A stretch of 63,740 nt of DNA, the filler included, from Octopus bimaculoides (taxonomy: Eukaryota), in assembly GCF_001194135.2 (NCBI RefSeq). It is 6 parts of 5 records of this genome, joined end to end, with 100 filler letters (N's around TTAATTAATTAA, not from the genome) between each part and the next. Parts side by side here need not be neighbours in the genome. Positions count along the whole stretch, not along the records: positions 1 to 27,989 come from NC_068987.1; 5 more parts are not named here. One strand, 5' to 3'. Shown one piece after another: positions 1-12,368 of this stretch. The notes beneath the pieces are model-generated. The model was not told the origin of the DNA and searched no databases. It was given only the letters and a program-made list of their open reading frames with translations. A program made the position numbers and the translations under genes. Within the stretch, counting starts at the first letter, position 1, and each line of letters opens with the position of its first letter.

Positions 1-295
1 GTGCAAGTGGCTGAGCACTCCACAGACACGTGTACCCTTAACGTAGTTCTCGGAGATAGTCAACGTGACACAGTGTGACAAGGCTGACCCTTTGAATTAC
101 AGGCACAACAGAAACAGGAAGTAAGAGTGAGAGAAAGTTGTGGTGAAAGAGTACAGCAGGGTTCACCACCATCCCCTGCCGGAGCCTCGTGGAGCTTTAG
201 GTGTTTTCGCTCAATAAACACTCACAGCGCCCGGTCTGGGAATCGAAACCGCGATCCTATGACCGCGAGTCCGCTGCCCTAACCACTGGACTCCA
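1..295 (-). mobile_element. tRNA-derived SINE (family C: head + module X + tail T1), cut by window edge
   Basis: Reverse complement begins with A-box-like TCCAGTGGTTAGG and B-box-like GGTTTCGATTCCC; its tail (cctgtaattcaaagggtcagcc...ctgtggagtgctcagccacttgcac) recurs at ~57345-57450 and ~57645-57745. Confidence 0.8.
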
Positions 296-819
296 CTCTT
301 TAATATTATCTTCTTACAAAAAAAATTCACTTTTGACAAGATAAGCACTTTTACTTTCATGGGACACCATTCACTAAAACAGCAAGGAATGTATTCCAGT
401 TTTGGAGGGTGTGTATTTTAATCTTTTATTATATTTTTTTCTTTTTAAACTTCTGCAAACTTTTTGCACTACTAATTTTGAAATTTTACTTTGTACTATC
501 TTTTTAGGTTTCAAATTTTTGCATTATAAATGTTCTCGCTTCAAATTCAAAGTACTCTTCAGAGCAAAATGTGAAAGTATTTTTTCTTAGCTAAAATGTG
601 TTTCTTCGGCGAAAAGCGAAAGTTCTAGTTTTTGAAATATAAGCGATAAAACGAACCTTTATATCTTTAAATACTTGTTCAAATCTATCATTTTTTGTTG
701 TTATTTTTCACCTACGAATAACTGGATCCCATATCTTTCAATACTTGTTCAAATAATATATCGTTACGAAAGGCAAATTTTTACACTACAGATTTTATTT
801 TTAATTCGCATTTGACAAT

Positions 820-1004
820 GTATTCAGTCAAAATGTTCTATCTGTTTTATGTTAAAACTGGCCAAATTTGGTCTCTCACACCTACCCTAGAATGTCATTC
901 TAAAAGTATATAATCACATCATTGAAATCTCAATGCTACAATATGGTACATGTGAGTCAATAAGCATTACATATGATAGAGTGATCTGAATGCTAAAGAG
1001 TTAA
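820..1004 (-). mobile_element. piggyBac-like MITE fragment (TTAA end)
   Basis: Ends in gaatgctaaagagTTAA; body matches 43960-44184 in opposite orientation. Confidence 0.5.
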
Positions 1005-1581
1005 ACAACGTTAATCATAGAGAGAAGTTGAAAACTTGAAAGAGCAAGGGAAATAAAAACAAAAAACGAGACGATACAGTCAAAAGATGGGAAAACAGCA
1101 AGCGCAAGAAATAAAAGAAAGCTTGAGTCAGAAACGACGGATAAGATCCCAACATGACTGAGTACAAACGAGCAAGTTGCTTACGTAACCAAAGAGGAAG
1201 TCAAAAGATACGAAGAAAGAATATGGACGATGAATAGCGAGCTGATTATATGCGACAGCGTCGAGAGAGAGAGAGTGGGGGGGGGGGGCAGACAGACAGA
1301 CAGACAGAGAAGAGTGTAATGAAATAACAAGAACAAGGAACAGCAGACAAAATAACAGGAACAACTTCAAAGGAAGAAATTTTGTATGACAAGAAAATTA
1401 TGGAGAATGAACAAAAGTTACTTAATTTGAGAAATGATAAGACAAGAAAGTAACGTCAGAAATTTTTGGGCTTTCTATGACACATCATCAAAATTAACAA
1501 TTTGCAGGTGAACCATACAATACCAGAGCAAGATCCTGGTTATATTTTGATACTTTGAGATCCAGAATTGAGGCCCTAAAT

Positions 1582-1821
1582 TAGTGGTTCTCAATTAAGG
1601 TCCATATGGCTTTTGGGGCTCTAAATAAGATTTTGTTGTTAAAGTTTACGTGCAACAAATTGGTTATACTTCTACAATGCACAAAATATTTTAGCATTTT
1701 TTTCATAAATCCCTAATGATATTTAATGTCTAAAATGTTATAAAAGTGTTTAGACATCGAATGGCTATGATGGCCCATAGGCAAAACAGGAATCTAAGGT
1801 AGGAAATGGTTAAGAAACTCT
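1582..1821. mobile_element. hAT/Charlie-like MITE, decayed
   Basis: Ends resemble CAGTGGTTCTCAACC...GGTTGAGAACCACTG; body matches 18687-18940 in opposite orientation. Confidence 0.55.
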
Positions 1822-3611
1822 TCTCTAAATTGATGCGATAATGGTAAAGTGTGACTTTCTTTTCTACAAACTTATCCGAATGAATCAAAACAATTCTTTC
1901 ACAGGAATATTGAGGATGTTAATGATTTCAAGAAAAACACCCGAAATTATAACTATTCAGTTTTCTTTGCTTTATTTGGTCAGAAGAATTACTAGAAATG
2001 GACCTTATTGTTTCAAAATTTAAAGACAGACATCCTGTTTTATTTCATATCTGTGCATGAAAAATGATCGACCAGCATATTGGCTGACTTTATATTATTA
2101 CTGCGAATGGAACTTTACAGCACATCAAAACTCGTTTATCACTGATTCATTCATCAATGCTTTGTGATAACACGGTACGCTCTGTTGTTACATGTTACAC
2201 TTATCACGAATTGATCTGTGATAACATGGGTTGACGATCAGTCAAAACTTCTGTTTGGATCGCAGAAGCGCGCCACAGCGGTGACTATTCCAACTTGGGG
2301 GTCACAGAACGAAACCTGTGTTCCCATATGCTCTATTATTTATATATCACTGATTCATTTAACACGGTGTTTTTGTTTTGTTTTGGTCATTATTCTTCCT
2401 TATTTTGCTGTTGGAACAAAACATCCGTAATAAACAAAGATAGATGTACCATATTGAAGCCATCAGTATTCAAAATATTTACCTAACGTGATGAATATAA
2501 AACAAGAAATTACTATTTTTCACAATCTACATACTGAGCTACATTTAAAAATGCGTTTGATAGGGTTACAAAAACAGGCAAGTATACTCAGAGAAGTACA
2601 GTGCCTTGTAAACATAAAACCGCACTTCAGACGATGTCCAAAACATCAGATGGTAGTTTCCCTATAAAATCGCTGCTGATTATTGGTGAAAATGTAACCC
2701 CTCCAGAAAAAGAAAACACCATAATTCCTCCAAGAAATGTGCTGCCAACAAGCATCTCATATTTATCTTGCCATCTCCATCCAATGAGCTACCTTCTTTT
2801 ATTTCACAATGGTAAGCTTAAATGACGGAGTATATACTACGCATCGAAGTTAATGATTTATCAGGAGTAAATCATGAAACAGCTGTAACCATGCCGAAAT
2901 ACTAAATGTTTTATCTTTTACGTCTGTTAGCTCTTTACTTACGCACACACGCGCGCGCGCACACACACATATGGTTCCGACATTCTCACTGTACCAATTC
3001 CATTGGTTCACAATTTACAATGAATCTTAGACCAAAATTACTTCAAAAGTATTAATATACTTTTTATGAGTTCATTAGAGGAGGAGGTGCATCGCCCTGG
3101 TCATTTTTCAGGGCTTCAGAAACTGATAAGAGAAAGTGAGTGCGACAGAGATGAATGCGAGAGAGAGAGGCTGACAGTCAGAGAGAGAGAGAGAGAGAGA
3201 GTGGAGTCAAGAGATATGGCCTGAATTTGTGCCGTATCTGATAGTATCGCGATGGCAGCTTGGTTGATGTGATGTGGATCTGGTAAACGAGGATATATTT
3301 CGTTGGTTGTATGAATGATAACTGAAACACAACTCACGAAGATTTAACTAAAATATTTATTGCCGGACATCAAAGATATTGGCTGTGGGTTAATTACAAT
3401 GAACAACATAAATGTTTGCTGACGGGGACAGAGAGGAAATCTGCGTCGCGTCCGGAGAAGTTACTTATGAGAGATTGTGTGAAGGTTCAGTTTGGTCCTT
3501 CCGAGAAGCTGAAGCAGTTTTCGCAAATGTTCTGAACTGTTTGAAGGCAAGAGTGGAGGCTCGAGTAAAGCTAGTCGCCTTCAACCCTCTGCGATTGTGT
3601 GACAAAACGGT

Positions 3612-3641
3612 CTTTTATAGGAGACAAGAACATTCTAGAAA
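3612..3641 (-). promoter_or_regulatory. TATA box (TATAAAAG, 3612-3619) with adjacent perfect heat-shock element (3627-3641)
   Basis: aGAAc-aTTCt-aGAAa = three alternating nGAAn pentamers, 7 bp upstream of minus-strand TATAAAAG; TCACGTGA E-box at 3690-3697; CpG-rich non-repeat context. Confidence 0.55.
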
Positions 3642-3892
3642 ACCATGTCACACCACAGCCTCGCGCTGATCGATCAAGTAATAAACCGATCACGTGAAAC
3701 TGTGGTGGTTCACTCGTGATTTCTGACCAGCTGTCTAGAGGTTGGGGTTTTGAATCACCACTACAATTGCATAAATTACGCACAAGTATATTATTATCAT
3801 CATTATATATCTCATTCGCCATGATAGATCGCTAACCACTACACACATTTTTTTTTCTCTCTTTGTTTCTCTCCTTGTTTCTTTCTGTGTTC

Positions 3893-4010
3893 CTTTCTGT
3901 GGAAGAGCGTAGGCTCGAAACGTTAAAGACTTTTTCAATTCCCGAGCATTATACTAATACATCTGTTTGTTTTCTACACCACCTGTCTTCCTCTGTTTTT
4001 TTATTTTTTG
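3893..4010 (+). mobile_element. PLE pseudo-LTR-like fragment with variant minimal hammerhead-like motif
   Basis: cttt-CTGTGGA-A-GAGC-gtag-GCTC-GAAA-CGTT-aaag at 3893-3928. Confidence 0.4.
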
Positions 4011-4064
4011 TGAATTCTCCCTATATATATATATATTCAGCGAAAAAAACATTTACAGAGCATT

Positions 4065-4093
4065 GTTGTTGTTGCTGTTGTTGTTGCTAGTGC

Positions 4094-4133
<40 letters not shown>

Positions 4134-4135
4134 GA
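4065..4135. repeat. (TTG)n microsatellite
   Basis: Direct reading. Confidence 0.95.
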
Positions 4136-4169
4136 TTGCAGTCAGTCGTCGCGACTATAACTGTACATG

Positions 4170-4440
4170 ACTTTAGCATGACTTGATAAGCTTTCTCCAT
4201 ACTGATCAATTTTTCTCTTGAGTTTGCCATTTATTATGGTCAATTCTTTTCCATTTCATATTCCTTTTTTTTTTTTCTTTGCAGTATCTTCGAATCTCAG
4301 TCAAAGCCTTCCATGGTTTCTTTTTTCCCCTTACATAGTTGAGAGTAAAGGAGTTGTCTGGAGAGTCTGCTGTTGCTCATCCTGTGTACATGTCCAAACC
4401 AATGTAAATTTCTATCAATGAGGGATATCCCACATAGGAG
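4170..4440 (-). mobile_element. Old RTE-clade LINE fragment, ORF C-terminus (pseudogenic)
   Basis: Minus-strand translation RNLHWFGHVHRMSNSRLSRQLLYSQLCKGK matches the RTE motif LRWxGHVxRMxxxRLPKQLLYxxL. Confidence 0.7.
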
Positions 4441-5069
4441 TACATTAAAGCATGTAATAAATGCCCAAATTTGCATATAGGATACGGAACGATTTTTTGA
4501 GACATGCTTTTTTTAAAAAAAAGAAAAATGTACGTCATATACGCCATAAAATATGGTGCTATATCATTGTATCGAACCCGAAGCCACGAACTTGCGAAGA
4601 AAACTTGTAACCACACATTTTTACCAAATAGTGTATAGAAACCACTGGTGGCTGCTGAAAATTCCACATTCCACCGACATAATAAACTGTTTAACTGTTA
4701 TTGTGTATAATAGCGAGGCATATTTGTCCATGTATTGTTTTAATAAATACTTTTATTTCAAATTTTCAAATAAAACAATGCGAATAAAATTTAAAACAAT
4801 GAACAATATCCATTTCTTAATTTCTTTATTATTTTTTTTTTTTATATGTTTTGAAATAATTTTTGTTTAGTATTTATTTACTTATTTATTTATATATTTC
4901 ATTTTTGCAAAGAATAAAGAAAACAATAAATATTTTATTTAAAAACCATTTAATTTCACGCAGTCTCAAAAACAGTAATATACATTTATAACTGCTTATT
5001 AATGTTATAATATCTGGAAGGAAATATATATGCTGAACCAGAAACAAGTGGAAACAAAAGCAAGGATAA

Positions 5070-5085
5070 TGAATAAATAAATACA

Positions 5086-5124
<39 letters not shown>

Positions 5125-5140
5125 ATAGATAAATAAATAA
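5070..5140. repeat. (TAAA)n microsatellite
   Basis: Direct reading. Confidence 0.95.
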
Positions 5141-5586
5141 ATCTATTTGAATCAGAATCTGAAGAAAATCTTTATATTTAAGAAAAAATGGTTGGGGAAG
5201 ATAATTTCGAAGAGAAAAGAAAATACTTGCCCAAAAATGAAAGTCTAATTTTGCTGAAGATGTACAGAGGCGAAACTGTGTTTTATTAATGTGACAAATA
5301 ACAAGTAGAAGCGTCTCCTTTGTCTGCAGAAGTTTGAGAGACAAATCACTAAATAGATTACACACTTAAACACACACACACATACACGCACGCACGCACA
5401 CACAATCATACACACACACACGCACACACACACGCACACGCACTCGCACACACGCACATATACATATATACATACAAACAACACAAGATTATAATCATCC
5501 AAAGTTTTTTCTTATTAGCCTATCCGAAATAATCATATATTTTACACAGAAATATATATATATATATATATGCCTATATTTATATT

Positions 5587-5621
<35 letters not shown>

Positions 5622-5818
5622 ATGGAAAAATATATGAATGCATGCATGCATGTACGTTTGTATGTATGTATGTATGCATGTATGTATGTATGTATGCATG
5701 TATGTATACACTAATACAAACAAACACACACGCACTTATGTAAACTCACTCACACGCTGACACATACACTTGCAAACATACGTATATACATACACACATA
5801 TATATGTAGTTAATAATA

Positions 5819-5853
<35 letters not shown>

Positions 5854-6603
5854 NNNNNNNNNNNNNNNNNNNNNNNNNNNNNNNNNNNNNNNNNNNNNNN
5901 NNNNNNNNNNNNNNNNNNNNNNNNNNNNNNNNNNNNNNNNNNNNNNNNNNNNNNNNNNNNNNNNNNNNNNNNNNNNNNNNNNNNNNNNNNNNNNNNNNNN
6001 NNNNNNNNNNNNNNNNNNNNNNNNNNNNNNNNNNNNNNNNNNNNNNNNNNNNNNNNNNNNNNNNNNNNNNNNNNNNNNNNNNNNNNNNNNNNNNNNNNNN
6101 NNNNNNNNNNNNNNNNNNNNNNNNNNNNNNNNNNNNNNNNNNNNNNNNNNNNNNNNNNNNNNNNNNNNNNNNNNNNNNNNNNNNNNNNNNNNNNNNNNNN
6201 NNNNNNNNNNNNNNNNNNNNNNNNNNNNNNNNNNNNNNNNNNNNNNNNNNNNNNNNNNNNNNNNNNNNNNNNNNNNNNNNNNNNNNNNNNNNNNNNNNNN
6301 NNNNNNNNNNNNNNNNNNNNNNNNNNNNNNNNNNNNNNNNNNNNNNNNNNNNNNNNNNNNNNNNNNNNNNNNNNNNNNNNNNNNNNNNNNNNNNNNNNNN
6401 NNNNNNNNNNNNNNNNNNNNNNNNNNNNNNNNNNNNNNNNNNNNNNNNNNNNNNNNNNNNNNNNNNNNNNNNNNNNNNNNNNNNNNNNNNNNNNNNNNNN
6501 NNNNNNNNNNNNNNNNNNNNNNNNNNNNNNNNNNNNNNNNNNNNNNNNNNNNNNNNNNNNNNNNNNNNNNNNNNNNNNNNNNNNNNNNNNNNNNNNNNNN
6601 NNN
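5854..6603. other. Assembly gap (N-run). Other large gaps at ~9305-9419, 11752-11923, 18077-18463, 20763-21350, 29527-30161, 40976-41440, 42010-42213, 45048-45466, 46869-47361, 51501-51997, 58037-58656, 60922-61368
   Basis: Runs of N, mostly flanked by microsatellites or tandem repeats. Confidence 0.99.
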
Positions 6604-6630
6604 ATATATATATATATATATATATATATA

Positions 6631-6765
6631 TACGATGGGCTTCTTTCAGTTTCCGTCTACCAAATCCACTCACAAGGCTTATAGTAGAAGACACTTGCCC
6701 AACGGTACCAAGCAGTGGGACTGAACTCGGAACCATCTGGTTGGAAAGGAAGCTTCTTACTACAC
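6631..6765 (-). mobile_element. SINE family A, 5' part
   Basis: Matches the head of the full copy at 38136-38548, with an internal deletion. Confidence 0.8.
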
Positions 6766-7021
6766 ATATATTCTACAGCTATATGATTACATTCATGTAC
6801 ACAACTATATAAATACAAAGCGAGCTTCGCCCCTGGTGTCAAAAGACGCCGAGATTACATTGTAGTGAAATCGAACATGAAACATAGAGATTGTGAAGCG
6901 TTCTTAGTCATCTGATATGACTTGCACAAACACACAGACATAAAACAGCTTTTAGCTCCATCTATCAACAGACAGTACTACCTAAACAGTGACTGTCGTA
7001 CACACTTACACAGTGAAGATA

Positions 7022-7127
<106 letters not shown>

Positions 7128-7496
7128 CACACACACATACACAGATGCCGTAAAGTGCAGGCTGATACGTATACGCGGAAAAAGTGGAGTTACTGTGTGT
7201 TTGCGTATTACAAAAGCAGACAGGATAGATTCTATGCAGCTGTATCTATATGAGAGTAGTAGGAAGAGTTGGAAGCATAATGTATAAAGGGGGGGATTGT
7301 GTGCGTGTGGGTTTGTGTATGACGGAGGATGTACGACTGTACGAATGTGGCTTATTGAGAGTGGGGACTGTATATGTATGACAGTAGTGAAGTGGGAGGG
7401 AGGAGTTGTAGTGACTAGAGCGGGAGCTGTGTCTGTTTGCGCCTGTATGACAGAGATGAAGAGACAGAAACTGTATAATTATATATATCTTTATCT

Positions 7497-7717
7497 TTAC
7501 TCTTTTCAGGCATTACACAGCGGCCATGCTGGAGTACCGCCTTGAAGAATTTTTAGTCGAATGAATCGACCCCAGTATTTAGTTTGCTTTTTTTTTTTTT
7601 TTTTTAGCGTGGTACTTATTCTATCGGTCTTTTTGCCGAACCGCAAAGTTACGGGTGCATAAACGCATCAACACTAGTTGACACGCGGAGGTGAGGGACA
7701 AACACACAAGCACATAC

Positions 7718-7748
<31 letters not shown>

Positions 7749-7886
7749 TACGTATATATACGATGAGCTTCTTCCAGTTTCCGTCTACCAAATCCAGTCA
7801 CGAGACTATAGTAGAAGACACTTCTCCAAGATTCTATGCTGTGGAACTGAACCCGGAATCATGTGGTTGGCAAGCAAACTTCTTAT
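7497..7886 (-). mobile_element. SINE family A, near full length
   Basis: Head, internal (CA)n/(TA)n tract and tail all align to 38136-38548. Confidence 0.85.
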
Positions 7887-8049
7887 CACACAGCCACATA
7901 AATTCTTTATAAATTATCAACGGAACTTATGCCTGTATCAAGGTTATTTTACCCCTCTCGTCTCCTTCTAGCATTATCCTTTCGTTCTCTTATAAATATT
8001 TTAGAAGAGAACGAAACAAATCTAGTTAAATATTTTATTCACCCTCCCT

Positions 8050-8290
8050 GTCATCTTTGAAGCTTTGGATGTCATCGTTGAAGCTGTATTGAAATTCTTT
8101 TTCACTGCTGCCATATTTCAGACTTTCAAATTCTTCACTGCTGTTCTCACCTTCTTCGTAAATCAATCCATCTTCCATGTCATCTCAAGTATTTCTAATA
8201 TCCATTTCTTGAAATTTTTGACAATATCTTCATTCATGACAGCCAGTTTGCGATGTCTTCAGCCCACTGGCACTCTTTCGCAATAGTGAG
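8050..8290 (-). mobile_element. Possible pogo-like transposase C-terminal remnant
   Basis: Frameshifted NEDIVKNFKK...DMEDGLIYEEGENSSEEFE resembles the pogo-family IVKSFKKCGISxxLDGxEDDxI plus acidic tail; no TIRs found. Confidence 0.4.
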
Positions 8291-8304
8291 TCTCTTTATA
8301 AAAT

Positions 8305-8557
8305 AAAATAAATGCGCCCTTTTAAAGCCTAGCCAGGCTCATGTGCCCGGTTTCCCGGTTTCAATGGCGTATGTGTTCCCCAGCTGGACGGGACGCCAGA
8401 CCATCGCAGCGTTACTCATTTAAGCCAGCTGAGTGGACTGGAGCAACGTGAAATGAAGTGTTTTGCTCAAGAACACAACGCGTCGCCCGGTCCAGGAATC
8501 GAAACCACAATCTTACGATCATGATGCCGACACCCTAACCACTAGGCCACGTGCCTC
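8305..8557 (-). mobile_element. tRNA-derived SINE (family C head + CORE-like module + tail T2)
   Basis: Reverse complement has GGCCTAGTGGTTAGG and GGTTTCGATTCC boxes, then gtgttcttgagcaaaacacttcatttcacgttgctccagtccactcagc; the tail matches 17340-17490. Confidence 0.85.
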
Positions 8558-9240
8558 TTTATACATCAACTAAATGGCTAACTGAGTTTAAGGATTGAGA
8601 GCAAAATTTGGAGGAGTTAAAATAAAATTGACCTCAAAGGGATTTGAACCCAGAACACAAGGGTACATAACAAAATACCGTCAGACATTTAAACCTGTCG
8701 TTCCACTGTTTCTACCGCGAGTTCTTACAAAATTGACAAATAACGTGAAGTATGAAGCAGGCCACTAACGAATCAGATAATCGACATATTTTTTATATAA
8801 TGGCTCAAGGAAAGCAAATGCATGTTACATACGACTGTAACATTTTGTGTACTTATTTTCCTAAAATTGTTTTCCTAAGAAAAAAAGAAATAAACTGTTT
8901 TCTTATTAATTTTACTTGTAATTATGATGTACCCATAAAGAAAATATAAAACGTTATACGTATCTTTGATCGTTAAGTTCATATATTCTAGCAGAGTCCA
9001 ATTATTTTCATTTATTTTGCCCGTAATAAATGGAACACAGCACTCGTTTCGCTCTAGAATGAGAACTGCTCTTAGCAAGACCTCACACAAAACTTAAGTA
9101 TCCGATGAGATTTGAGTTTGATGTACCTTTTTCTTTTGTCGAATGGCAAATACTTGTCAAACCAATATTTGAGTACCTATTTGAGTACCTTTTTCATCAT
9201 TTTGAATCACGAACATTCACCAACGCACACGCCATATATG

Positions 9241-9289
<49 letters not shown>

Positions 9290-9419
9290 ACACACATATA
9301 TATANNNNNNNNNNNNNNNNNNNNNNNNNNNNNNNNNNNNNNNNNNNNNNNNNNNNNNNNNNNNNNNNNNNNNNNNNNNNNNNNNNNNNNNNNNNNNNNN
9401 NNNNNNNNNNNNNNNNNNN

Positions 9420-9780
9420 CTGTGGCCATGCTGGAGCACCGCCTTTAGTCGAGTAAATCAACCCCAGGATTTCTTTGTAAGCCTAGTACTTATTCTATCG
9501 GTCTTTTTTGCCGAACCGCTAAGTTACGGGGACGTAAACACACCAGCAACGGTTGTCAAGCGATGTTGGGGGGGGACAAACACAGACACACAAACATATA
9601 CACACACATACATATATGCGACGGGCTTCTTTCAGTTTCCGTCTACCAAATCCACTCACAAGGCTTTGGTCGGCCCGAGGCTATAGTAGAAGACCACTTG
9701 CCCAAGGTGTCACGCAGTGGGACTGAACCCGGAACCATGTTGGTAAGCAAGCTACTTACCACACAGCCACTCCTACGCCT
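9420..9780 (-). mobile_element. SINE family A
   Basis: High similarity to 38136-38548. Confidence 0.9.
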
Positions 9781-10571
9781 ATATACAGGGTATCGAACCT
9801 ACGAACTTACGATCGTAACCCAAACACCCTAACAACTAGATCACGCACCTTACGCTTTTTGAAAGAGAGACAACCTGCTCTCGTGGTTTAAATCGTATCA
9901 ATCGTGGTAAAGTCATGATAACTGTTTAAAACAAGACATACAGTTTAAATATACTATATCTTCTGTCTTTGACAACACATAAAGGTATCAAAAAAATAAT
10001 ACAATGCTTACTAGCAGTGGTTTGTAAATGGATATCATGATTCTTCCACGATGTAACTGTACGTGCGCGCTCGCGTAACCGCGCACACACACACACAAAG
10101 CCCTCATTCTCATCCACGGTGTCCATTCCCAAATGAAGACCACCTAATATGTTTGCGCTCATTACCACAGTTTCGACCAACCCCAGATTAAAACATATTT
10201 ATTAAAGCCAGAGAAATAAATTAGTTTTGAAGGCAAAATGTATACATACATAGCATAATCAGCAAAAGGTAATTGCCAGTCTATGTCCAACCGACATCGT
10301 GTTAGTTTAATATATATATACACGCCACACCTTCAGTTTATACATGTTTTCATCTCTTCCACCGCCGTCTACTATATACACACATGAAGGAGACAAGTTC
10401 ACAGAAATGTACGAATTCACTCGAGAAATAAATATGAAAAAAAATGAAGGCAAAACAAACAGATGGTAAAATATTGGTGCTTGTTAATACGATGGTAAAT
10501 ACGAGTAAGTACATACAACATATAACTAGATACACATATACATCAGTATAAACAGTTAATCACTTAATTTC

Positions 10572-10723
<152 letters not shown>

Positions 10724-10852
10724 ATATATGAGTAGTGTGTTTGCCTTTGTTTTTTGTCTGTTTGCATTTGCAGCTACGTTCTTCTTGTAGATGTTTTTCA
10801 ATGAATGTATATGGTGTATGTATGTGTGTGTGTGTGTATGTGTGTGGTCTAC

Positions 10853-11295
10853 TTTTTACTTGTTTCAGTTATTGGACTGCGGCCATGCTGGGGCATTGCC
10901 TTTAAGTGTTTAATCGAATAAATCGATTCCAGTACTTACATTTTTGTCAAGTTTGGAACTTATTTTATCGGTCTCATTTGCCGAACCACTATATCCTAAA
11001 CAAAGCAACACCGGTTGTTAAGCATTATGGAGTGGACAAACACAAACACAAAGATCTACACACATACAACCACACACACACACTCACACACACCCATACA
11101 CACGCATACGCATATACATACAGACACGTATGTCTATATACACGACGTACCTCTTCTCAGTTTCTGTTAACCAAAAGGCATTAGTCGACCTGGAGATATA
11201 ATAGAAGACACCTGGTCAAGGTGTAGTGCAGTGGGACTGAACCCGATACCACGTGATTGTAGAGCAAGCTTTTTACCCAGACAGTCATGCCTGCG
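10853..11295 (-). mobile_element. SINE family A, diverged
   Basis: Tail, body and head align to 38136-38548. Confidence 0.8.
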
Positions 11296-11391
11296 TTTAT
11301 GTATGTACAAATAAATATTTGTGTGTATTTTAAAGTTGAATGAAATGTCCTTGCCCTAATGTCAATAACGATTGACTTGAGATTATCTTTT

Positions 11392-12115
11392 GTTTGTTTT
11401 GGTCAGTGAACTGTGGCCATGCTATAGCATCACCTTGAAGGGTTTCTTTTCTTTTTTTTTTTTTCTTATTAGAACAATTCGACCGCAATACCTTTTTTTT
11501 TAACTATGGTTCTCATTCTATTGGGTAATTTTGCCGAACCGCTATGTTACGTGGACGTAAACAAACCAGCATCTGTTGTCAAGTGATGATGGAGGACAAA
11601 CACAGACACACACATGAATACACACACGCACACACACATACACACATATATATATGTATATTAATGTTTTTTTTTATGTTCAGTTATAATAAAAACAATT
11701 TTAAATTAATCAGATGGGTTATTACATACTTTTCTAGAATACAAATTTATTNNNNNNNNNNNNNNNNNNNNNNNNNNNNNNNNNNNNNNNNNNNNNNNNN
11801 NNNNNNNNNNNNNNNNNNNNNNNNNNNNNNNNNNNNNNNNNNNNNNNNNNNNNNNNNNNNNNNNNNNNNNNNNNNNNNNNNNNNNNNNNNNNNNNNNNNN
11901 NNNNNNNNNNNNNNNNNNNNNNNNTGTGTGTGTGTGTGTGTGTGTGTGTACACACGACGGGCATCCACACAGTTTCCGCCTACCATATTCATTCACAAAG
12001 CACTGGTCGGCCTGGGGCTACAGTAGAAGACACTTGCCAAAGGTGCCGTGCAGCGCGACCGAACTCGAAACCACGCAGTTACAAGTAGTTACAATCACGC
12101 TTGCACCTAGAGCCA
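11392..12115 (-). mobile_element. SINE family A, diverged, spanning a gap
   Basis: Tail at 11392-11620 and head at 11950-12115 align to family A. Confidence 0.7.
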
Positions 12116-12153
12116 TAGCTGCATCTATAGCTATGTTTTGTCTAACTTTATAT

Positions 12154-12368
12154 ATTGGTTTCAAATTTTGGCACAAGACCAGTAATTTCGGGAGCAGAGT
12201 TAAGTCGGTTATATCGACTCCAGTGGACAACTGGCACTCATTTATTAAACCCCGAAAGGATGAAAAGTAAAGTCGACCTCGATGGAATTTGAACTCAGAA
12301 CACCAAGACGGACGAAATGCCGTTAAACATTTTGCCCGGCGTGCTAACGACTCTGCCAGCTCGCCACC
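12154..12368 (-). mobile_element. SINE family B (tRNA-like head, GAGTTCAAATTCC B-box)
   Basis: Reverse complement ggcgagctggcagagtcgttagcacgccgggcaaaatg...gagttcaaattcc; matches 18940-19140, 24475-24680, 42575-42992. Confidence 0.85.

Noticed and set aside
4260-4421. Strong plus-strand acceptor (T-tract + gcAG at ~4283) and following ORF
   Set aside because: The region is the antisense strand of an RTE fragment; the T tract is an A-run in that element.
5770-6736. Long ORFs in the track (200-430 aa) here and at 18.0, 20.4, 29.5, 40.9, 44.9, 46.8, 51.4, 57.9 and 60.4 kb
   Set aside because: They are open only because of N-runs (X) and stop-free microsatellites.
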